Below, piece by piece: positions 27,455 to 37,700 of a stretch of 64,000 bases of DNA. The position numbers and the translations under genes are program-made. The stretch spans positions 1 to 64,000 of the forward strand of contig DF237026.1 in the NCBI GenBank assembly GCA_000708835.1, given 5' to 3'. Each line of letters begins with the position of its first letter. Positions within the stretch are counted from its first letter, which is position 1. The DNA is from Klebsormidium nitens (lineage: Eukaryota; Plantae; Klebsormidiophyceae). The notes under the pieces are model-generated. The model worked only from the letters and a program-made list of their open reading frames with translations, was not told where the DNA came from and did not search any database.

Positions 27455-28719
27455 CTTTGTTTGCGAGCAAAGCAATCAAGGCTGCACAACCTGTGCATTC
27501 AATGCTGACACTTGAAATTGTTCTCAGCTCCTAAAGTACTACACACGTGCGTCTCAGCTTGAATGCTTCTGGAAGTTCCGCCTCTTCTACATCAGTTGAG
27601 CTTGCGCCGCATGCTCACACGGGCTTTCATAGCTTCAAGCAGCACAAGATGCCCCAATGCATCGAAGCAGACCTCAGACATCGCCCTCAGCATGGACAAC
27701 TGCGAGCCCAGACTAAATGGGTGGCGGCTGAAGGGCCGGCAGACAATGTGAAGACTGAATTTCTGAAAATAGTGCAAGACTCAAGAGGCTCTGTCAGTGT
27801 CAGCCAAGACGTTTCCTCCTCTTTCGAAATAGGTCAAGGAAACCCCATTTTCCAATCAGCCGCAGTCGGAAGAGATATCTGGAGAACCGGTTCTATGCCC
27901 CCCTTGGAAGAACGCAAAGCTCGCCGTCATCCCAAGAAACGGGAGCGCCTTTCGTTGGTCAAAGAAAAGGTTACATAAGAAACGACGGTTAGGACAAGTT
28001 AAGGCTGGTTGGGCTTTGCCGCCTCAATTTGATCATCTATGATCTAGATTCTAGCCACTTTTCACGTCCTTCACTGTACAGCTCGTGGCTTTCATTTCAG
28101 GCTCTCTTCTCATGGCTCTCTTTTCCGGCTCTCCTTTTCGCCTCACGGCTTCTTGAGAAGGGCTTGGATGTTGGACAATTGCCCCATAGAAAGTCTTGGA
28201 ACTTGATGTCATTGCACATTTGCTTACGCTTTGTTTGTACGCATCATCCTCAAAGATGAGCAAAGCATCAGCAGCTACAGGAATTGTATGATGACCATTT
28301 CCGCTTGGGGCGGCTTGTGAGGACTAGGCAACCTTAAGGACCTTAAACGCCAATGCTCCCTTGCTTCTGTAGAGATTGTCTCTTGTCAATTCCTGACAGT
28401 GAATGGTGTTTCTGCGGTCATTGTAGTGTAGGACGTCAAGAAAGTCTTTTCCATCAGAAGAGATAGTTTTGCATCCTATAGCAGTTGCGGAAGGCAAATC
28501 AACAGGAGCGGCCACCACGCAGTGAATGGCCCCTTCCCATCTCTTCAGCAATTTTGTGCTTCTCAAAGGGTTTAGAAGTGGTATGAAAAAGCAGGCATAG
28601 AAAAAGGTCAAGGCTCTGTTGACATGGGCAAAGAGTGCTTCGGCAAAGGATTTGGGAGTGGATTGAAGGAGCAGGCCTAAGCAGAAGCCAAGGCTTATAG
28701 CGACACGACAAAGGAGAGC

Positions 28720-31700
28720 ATGGGTCGCAAAAAGAGACCCTTGGCGCCTCAAGCGAACAAGTCTAGTGTGTTCAACCGGCTGTGCTTGGGTGCAGCAAGC
28801 AGGGACCGCGAAGTGGACGCGAACCTAACCGTCAGTGTTCGAGTCGACAACGCAGCTTCACGCGTGGCAAACACAGGGGTCAACAGAACAGCGGCAGCAA
28901 CTCAGCACCAGAGTCGTGCTTTGCCGGGAGGACTAGACCTCAGGGCGCGGATCAATGCACGGAAAGGGGAGCGAGAAGCAGAAGCTCCAGAAGGGGGTGG
29001 CGGCCAGAGCAGTCTCGGTGAGACCAGGAAGATTGGAGAGGCCTTGGCTAGCCGGTTGGGGAAGCGAAAGGCCACAACAGATCCTGAGACTTTTTTGGGA
29101 GGAGAAGACGGCGGAGGTTCTGCAGGGAGACGAATTGCAATTTCGGACCGGAGTGGCCTGCCAGAGATCACGATCAGGAGCCCCAAACAGGTGAAGTACA
29201 GAGCTTCTGCAAACGATGGGCATGAGCTCGCCACCGGCAGCAAGCAGAAGACCGCTCCGCTAGGCAGGACGGTGAATGGTGTGCAGTTTCGGAGCTCTGT
29301 GCTGCTCCTGTGCCCCCTTTGCGACGTAGTCTGTACCGACTTGTTAGAGCACAATCTCACCCCGGGCCATGTACGAGAGGACGAGAAGCAGCGGAGAACC
29401 GGGGTGTTCAGGTGCAAGCGGTGCGTTGTGGAGTTCTCAGAGCACGAAGAACTCGCTCGGCATGTCATGAGCCCGGAGCACCGAGAGAGGGCGGAGCGAA
29501 GGATTAGGCACGCGCTAGAGGAGGGCGAGGGCCTGCCAGTTGACACTGGAGACAGGCAGCGGAGTTCCATGCCAGAAGCTGGACGATCGGGGTGGACGTT
29601 GGAGGCTGGCGGGGGAAGGCGGGATGGGAGCTTGGAAAGGGGGAGAGGTCAACTGCGGCAAGAGGGCGCAGTTGGGCGGGTGCTTAAGCATAGGGAGAGC
29701 CAGGAAGAAGAGGATGGAGAGTTTGAGAGTTCAGAGTATGGGGAGGACCTAAGACTTGAGGACTCGTGGGATGGCAGGTCAGCCCGAGGTGGAGACAGAG
29801 GTGGGCAAGCGGAGTTTAGGCGGCCATTCCCTGGGTCTGCTCGAGAGCCAGTGTCCAACTCGCGAGCTGAGCCGGAACAAGGTTCCAGGATGCGCTCAGT
29901 TCTTGCTGAGCGTCAGTATACGCTTGAGCAGGAAACGTTGTCAGGCGCGAGAAGGGGCCCAGAGCGGCAAACAAGCGGAAGCCAGTCCTTGCACTTGTCT
30001 GGAAACCCAGCTGAAGAAACCAGAGGGGGGGTGTTCTCTAGGGTGGGACGCACGCGCAACATTTCTCACAGACCAGCCTCTCCAAGGAGATTAGATGGAG
30101 AAGTGACAAGGGGGTCAGTCCTTGGTGCTAGACACGAGCCAGACTCCCCCCCTCAGCAAACCCTGCTACCGCAAAGAGGACGAGCAAATGAACGTGCAAA
30201 GAGTTTGGAATTGTGGGAACGCTCTGGTCAGAAAAGAAAAGCGGAGTTTTCGGAAAGGATGCTACCTGGCACTTCCGGGAGGATGCCACCTGGCACAGAG
30301 ATAAGAGGTGCCAGTGCGCAGCGGGAGATCTCACGGCTGCCAGACCGCCTAGAAAACGGTGGAGGGTATCCACATCGTGCTGATTCCTCCCAAGGTCCAG
30401 GGACGTTTGTGGAGGACGATAGGTTCAGATCAAAGAGACCCCGGCAGAATGAAGATCACGACAATTGGCGGCAAAGAAGAGACGGGGATGAGGGGGTGGA
30501 GAGAGATGGACGGAGCAGAAGAGAAGAGGATAGAAACCGGTTAGGCGGGGGTTTGCGTGAGGCAGAGATCTTAACCAGGGCAGCCCCCAGAACCGAGCAG
30601 GGTCGGGAAGGGGCGACGGGGCGGGTCAGGGAGGAGAAGGGAGAGCAACGGAGCTTCGAGCCTGAGAGGGAGGTTTTCCATGATGCAGAGGAAGGGGACT
30701 GGCCAGAGAGTGAGCCGGAACCCATCTATGAAGAGTGGCATGAAGAGTTTGCTGGCTCGGAAGAGCGGGAGCCCTTGCAAAGGGCGGAGACGAGCGGCGA
30801 CAGGGTTGCTGCAGGAGAAGAGAACGGGTTGGCGCGCACAGGGGGTGGTCAAGAAGACTGGCTCGAGCTACGGTTGGCGCCGACGCATGTAAATGAACAG
30901 GAAGGGAATTGGCAGATCAGCGGGGTAGATAGAGAATTGGATGAGAGGGGGCTTGCTGACTCGGGGGCCCTGACGGAAAGATGGGCGGGCGGTGAGGAAA
31001 CAGACGGGGGGGATCGTAGTGAACGGTATAGGAGCACGTTGGGGCGGGGCGGGAGGGGCAAAGACCCGTCGGAGAAGAGCGACAGTGGGCCCCCAGGTTT
31101 CCAAACGGAACGAACATTTGGGCGGAGGTCGGGACTAGTTAGTACTGGACCGGAATTTGGATTCAACCGGAGCAGACTTGCAAGCGGCCGGACGGGTTCG
31201 GTTGCGAACGGAAGGGAGATCGTCAACGGGCGGACAGGTACCAGTGAAGCGTTCCGAGACGGAGTTGGCGGCGCTTCAAACGCAATGGAAAGAGGACAAG
31301 GAAGGGGCGAGGAGTCAGCAGCGGTCTACGGAAGCACAGAAGCGGCAGACCGGAGGTCGGAACTGGTCAGGAAGGCGATCGAGCGACGGGCGCAAACAGG
31401 TAAGGTTATTCGGGGAGAGCTCCCCAGGGGTGTCCGGCCAGGTGTCATCGACGACGAAGGCTTCGAAGTTCCGGCGAAAGTGCAGGAAGCGGTGGAGAGG
31501 GGGGCCAATTTGCCCGAGATTGAGGCCCCCCTGAGCATGGACAACTACTACGACAAGATGGCGACTCTGTACCACGTGGAGGAGGCTCAGATGCAGGTGA
31601 GCTTCGAGTATTTTCCAGCCTCAAACATCCCATATCTTTTCTTCTTTCATCTTCCGAAACTTATCACACCTGGCCCTTCTATGGTCTGTGCTCCACCCTT

Positions 31701-34700
31701 TCGAAATGGGCTGTAACCCGGCCCCCTGTTTAAGGGAAAAGCGCTTGGAGAAAAGCGGTGAGACTGCCACCTCAAAAGAGAGGGTCGATCTTATTGTGAC
31801 ATCCTCCTCTATTCAATTACTGGCAAGCTTTGGACCCCTTGCTCCTTACGAAATACCCAAGCATGCCATGTACACCTTAGCCGTGAAATTGGGGCTCTTG
31901 TGAGTGTCGCTGCTTTACGTGAACCGAACAGGGAGCCTGACAGCATCGTCGCCTTTGTACTATGTTCTCAGGCTGCATTTAAGCTTTTACGTTGGAGCTG
32001 ACCTGGGCCCACAATACACGGTTCTCCAATGAGCAACTCCGATGGACCGTGACTTCTGGATGGACTAGGTATTAAGGCAAATGTTTCGTATGCTCCCCCA
32101 CTCACCTTACCCATCCTACTCTTCCTACTGACACCGAATCATTGTTCCACTTGGATTTCGCTCTTCCTTTGCAGTTGGACATCACCGAGTTCGACCAGGT
32201 AGTGACCCTCCAAACCTCCGGCCGCGGCCTCGTGCTGGAGGTGCCGGGCCTTGCGGAGCGCAAACCGTCGGTCGCAAAAGGCGACAAGATACTGCTCAGC
32301 AAGGGGCAGCGAGGCGGCGCCGGGGCGCCCAAGTATCTGGTGAGCGAGATTGGCTGCAGAATGCTCCGCCCGTTCGCTCGGAAACAGCCCTGAGGAATCT
32401 GCTTTAACCTGGCTTGATGTTCTGATCTGGCCTGATGCTCAGATGCTTTCAACTCCAATTGATTGTAAGCCGTCTTAGCGTAGAATGCAAGATCATGTCG
32501 AGGGCTATTTTTTCAACCGTCAGAATAGTGATGAGATATTGTGAGCAGCTCTCACCCAATGTCATGGTGCCTCCTTTTCAGTGTGCTTGCAAATTCACAC
32601 CGTCTATGGGACACTGGCCTTTGCAGCAGTACATTTCAAAAAGCCCCGAGTTTGTATAGCTGGCATTATAAACTACAGAAAGGCAGCGAGGGAAAGGCTC
32701 AAGGGGCAAGGGGCCCAATTGGTGTGGCGTCTGTCTCACAGGAAGGCAGCCGCTTCTGAAGTATACTGGATTTTGAAGTGCCAGGTTGACAGAAAAGGGG
32801 TTGTCTCTGAATGAGCATGGGGCGGCCATGATTCGTACCTCTGCCTGGATCCGTACACCTTTGAAGACTTCAGCCCCTAGACTAAAAAGCTTCGGACTTT
32901 GGTTCCACAAATCTGAAACCGTCTTTCCCTGTCCCAGGTGTACGCCCACGACGTCGACCTCGCCAAGCGCGCCATCTTCACGCAGCAGGCCTACCTGGAT
33001 CCGGATCGCGACTACCTCGTCCAATTCACCGTCCGGCGGGAGCCCATCGTCCGAGCCGTACGATCCCTCCAACTCTGCGGCTCAGCCGTCGGGTCCGAGC
33101 TCCGACACCTGCTCTTCCCGGAGGGATCCCCCGACCACTTGGAGAAGGGGAATCCCCCTCGGTTTGAGCCCCGGGACACGGTTCTAAACACAGAGCAGAA
33201 GCATGCGGTCGGAAGCATTGTGCTGCGGACGGTCGACGCGCGGAAGGATGTGCCGCCGTTTGTGATCTTTGGACCGCCGGGGACGGGGAAGACTAAAACG
33301 ATGGTGGAGTCGATTGTTCAGGTAAGATGACCAGGGTTTGACGGTTAGAATTATTCAGTTGTTTTCGCTTCGAAGGAGGTACGATGAGGAGATGCTTCGA
33401 GCATGTGCGATTGGACCGCGGGGGACGGGGCAGAAATTGACCAATACCAATGGTGGAGGCAACCGTTCGGGTGAGGCTGTCAGGCGCTTCAGCATCTGGA
33501 GTCCAGGGTTTCAAGGTTCGATGAGTTGGCTCAAGTCGAATGAATCACGTGAGAGATAAGTTGTGTGGCGCGCGGGGCTGCTCAGAGCGTCCGCTTTGTG
33601 TGTGGAGTGGAGGTTGTCAGTAGGGCGTTGGCTGCATTTCGCGGAGCTTCGGTTGCTTTCTCTTCAAGATGTTTCCTGGTTGGAGGCGGTTCAGATGGGG
33701 ACTGAAGCCGAGTGAGTGGTAAGCGAGGTGATGGAGAAGAAAGGTTGGGGCGCGCCTTTTTGAACATTCGAGGTTAGGTCCGGTTGGTCCGAAAGTGTCA
33801 CACAAGATTCGCATCGAAAGGTGAAAGTCTGTTCATGAACTCTTTCTCTTGAGCAGCGTACCAAAAAACCGGTGCTTCACTTGTCAGTCCCTTTTGTCGT
33901 TACCGTGTGTCTCTGCAACGACTTTCAGCTTTTATGTTAATTTCTATCTCGCACCTTGAATACCGAGGGGGTTGCACCACGGTTCAACCCGTTTTCCGGA
34001 CCTTTTCGAGTACCCTCAGGTTAACAATGAAAACCGTAAAAGGCAAGCCCCCGTCTCAAGTCGTACTTCATAATTACGTGTTTGCACTGAGCTTGGCAAG
34101 TTGTTTTCCGCCAGGTGCGTGAAGCGCGCCCCAGCGCGCGTCCTGGTGTGCTGTTCCGTTCAGCAGCGCTGGCGGACGATCTGCTGAACCAGTTGTACGG
34201 CGGCTCCTCTTTCACCTTTAAAAACACGTGCGGAATAGTCTTTTGAATCTTTTTTTGAGCCTCTTCATATCCCCAGGTCCGTGAAGCGCGCCCCGATGCT
34301 CGCATCCTGGTGTGCGCGCCGTCCAACAGCGCTGCCGACAACTTGTTGGAGCAGCTGTACAACTCCTGCCGGGGGACTGTCCACCGGGACGAGTTCAAGG
34401 CTGACGTGATCCGCATCAATTCGGCAGGGCGGCCCAAGGAGGGCGTTGGCGCGCTGCCTGTGACGCTCGCGGACTTTGCAACGTAAGTAGTTGAGGAAAA
34501 CGAGTTCTTTTTTTGGAGTGACGTGTGTCAAGTAAGACACAAAGATAATTCTGGCTCTTTGCTTGAGTATCGAGCAAGATCTTGGAATCGAAGGAGAATC
34601 GAAGGGGCAGTTTCGAAAGAGCTTCAACATGAGCGGTTGACGAACATGCAAATTGGCTTGTGGGTTAGATGTTGTGCGGTAAGGAGTCTGCATAGTGATG

Positions 34701-37700
34701 ACGTAATATTGATGGAACGTACTAATGAAAAACTGCGAGCGGCTGACAAATTGGCCGGCAGTTTGGTGGAGCGTCAAAGAAGCGGCAAAGTCTTTGAAAC
34801 TCTGGTTTCGATGGAGCTCCTTTGCGAGTGTTATGGTAGATCTCAATCGGCTCTTCCAGTATATATGGAGTCGGCGATTGACGAATCGCCAACTCAAATG
34901 TTTTTAGTAATCCGCAATATTGCAGGAAGGTTGAACGGTTACAAGGCGCTGGCAAGCTTCGGTGCTCCCAACCAGACCAATCCCCTCCCCCTGGCGCTTG
35001 CAGGTACAACCCTTCCACAGGTTTCTACACCGTACCCCATCCAAAGACCTGCACCCAACACGTCTTCATCACGACCTGTAGCGCGGCCGCTCTCCTCCAG
35101 CAACGCTCCTTTCCCCGCGGTTTCTTCTCCCACATTTTCATCGACGAAGCAGGTCACGCGGTCGAGCCCGAGTGCTTCGTTCCGCTCGCGTGCTTCGCCA
35201 CCCGGGAAACCGTAGTAGCTCTTGCCGGCGACCACCAGCAGCTGGGGCCCGTTGTGCGGTCGCCCCTCGCGCGGAAATACGGGCTCGGGGTGTCGTACCT
35301 GGAGCGGCTGTGCGGACTCCCGCTGTACTGTCCGGAGGATGACGACGGGCGGTACGTGGGCTACCGGACGAGCGTCATCCGGAAGCTCGTCCGAAACTAC
35401 AGGTGCGACTTGAGAATCTGGTTTCTGGTTGTTTTAGAAACGTTATTTTTGCCAAACAAGGGTTTCGGATGGCTCCTTCGTTTGGCTGGTCGTTTTCAAA
35501 GCGGAGGTAGTCGAAGAGCTGCCGGTTGAGCGCAATGCGAATTGCAGGCGGCAGTGCATCATGGTCTTATATTTCTCCGTTTGTGGACTGCTTCTGACTC
35601 TGTATGTGCTAGAGCTATCCCGCTCAATCCTCGCAATGAGCGAACGCTTTGAGAGGTGGGTGTTAACTTCGACGAACAAAGTTAAGCAATTCGCAGGACA
35701 ACCTTCTCTTTCCAACAGACTCTAGTCAGCTCCGATAAATTGTTGTGCTCGACGTCGCGTTCGGCTGACTCGTTTGCTCTGGACGGATGGCGGGCTGACC
35801 GCAAAAGGATTGTAAAGTCCATCACCTGCAAAGATTGATTGTAGCTAACAGGCCTTCTTTTTCGCAGGTCGCATTCGGACATCAGCTGGCTTCTTAAGCG
35901 CTCGCAAGCTGAAGCCCAGGACATCTGACGTTATAGACCTTTGGAAAAAAGTGGGACTCGAGACTAGTCAGCACTAACGGATAAAAACCCTCAAGACGAG
36001 AAATCTAAGCTTGTTTCAAAACCATGGACCTACTTTCACTTTAGACCGCGTATCTGAGGCTAATTGTGATTCTTCGCAGGTCGCATCCGGACATCCTCCA
36101 GATTCCGTCCGAGGTGTTTTACCACGGCGAGTTGGACGCCTCCGCGGACGAGGAGGCGCGCGAGTCGCTGTCAACGTGGCGAGAACTGCCCACCAAGGGC
36201 TTTCCGATCATCTTCCACGGACTGGCCTCGGCGGACGACAGAGAGGGGGACAGTCCGTCCTGGTACAACGAGGGAGAACACAAACAGGTACGGAAACGGT
36301 TTTAATCTGGATGTTAGTAGGTATGTGGGCTAGTCTGGTTGAACTGCGACCAAAGGGGTTTCTATTATGTTTCACAAACTGTCCTCTGCAAACGACAGAG
36401 AGGGGGATAGCCGTCTTGGTAGAACGAGGGGGGAAAACAAACAGGTACGGGTTTTAGATTGGCAGTTGGTCATTCTGCCGGTGTTTGCTAGATTCGCTTT
36501 GTTGGAGATGCAGGTTCGTTAGAGATTTCGGTATCCCTCCATTTCTTGGAACTTACCCACTTGTGTTTTTGAGTAATCTGAGGACTACATTTGGAAATGG
36601 CTGTCGACTCGGATAAAAGTTCAACATCCGACGTACATGAATGGCGATTTGACAAAAAAATTCATTCAAGATGTTTGCATTCCAAAAGTGTACAGTTAGT
36701 CGGACCACCTTCCTAACTAGAGTCTCGGGCTCCTGTACCCGCCGAATAACAAGTGATAACATAATCCTTGAACCCGGATCTGACCGGGAATCGGAACTTC
36801 TAGCCATGATGCTGGAAAGGCTGTCGACCTTCGCACGTGTATATGGTTTTGCCACCTTAAAAATGGTCACATTTCTCGAGCCTTGCAATTTGGGACTGGA
36901 ATCGCTGCAAAACAGCAGTTGAGCCCAAAGCGCCGTAGTGAGCTGTCGCATTGCTGACGTCAACGCACCAGTGTTACCGCCATTCACGGACTTCGACATC
37001 CAACTTCTGCCCCAGATTGGAAGGAAGTACAACTGTCGCTGCTCCTTCATCCCACGCTGACGCTGTGATGACGTCACTTCTTACAGATGCAGTGATATCG
37101 ACTGGCGGCTGTATTGTATTGTTTCAATTCTTGCATCATGCCGGCATCGGGGTCGTCGCGCCGTCTCGGCGGCAGGTGCAGAAGTCTCAGCAAATTGCAA
37201 ATTTCACGCCCAAAGCGCGGCTGAGATTACCAGCTGGCGATGTGCTGACATCACCCCTCGCAGATGATGTGGTACATCGACCGGCTGCTGGACTGTCGCA
37301 AGCCCCGCATCACGCAATTCGACATCGGGGTCGTTGCGCCGTATCGGCGGCAGGTGCAGAAGTTCCAGCGCCTGTTGGACGCGCAGGGGCGCAGCGCGAT
37401 ACGGGTGGGCACTGTGGAGGAGTTTCAGGGGCAGGAGAAGCGGGTGATCATCGTGTCTACAGTGCGTGCGGAGCACGGGGCGGACGGCGAGTGAGTACTA
37501 CGGTTTCGATTTTAATTGATTGTTAGTGCTTTCTTTCTGTTTCCAGACTATTCATAATGGCAATGTGCGCAGTCTGGGCGGAAGGAAACGTGGAGACGGC
37601 GAAAGAGGAATACGTTTCGTGTTTCTTTTCCTGAATTTGTTTGTCCTTCTTTTCCACTTTGAGTATTTGACGAATCGGTTTTTGGATTTGCGCGGAGCAC

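Noticed and set aside
27455-28719. ORFs between the divergent murD and helicase starts (27547-27978 plus; 28324-28752 minus with LYRSKGAL, faintly CobW-like)
   Set aside because: No coherent domain or splice model, and the minus ORF overlaps the helicase start. Treated as promoter/UTR sequence.
28782-31633. Numerous overlapping ORFs (e.g. 28902-29570 minus)
   Set aside because: Shadow frames of the GC-rich giant helicase exon, with no independent motifs or splice support.
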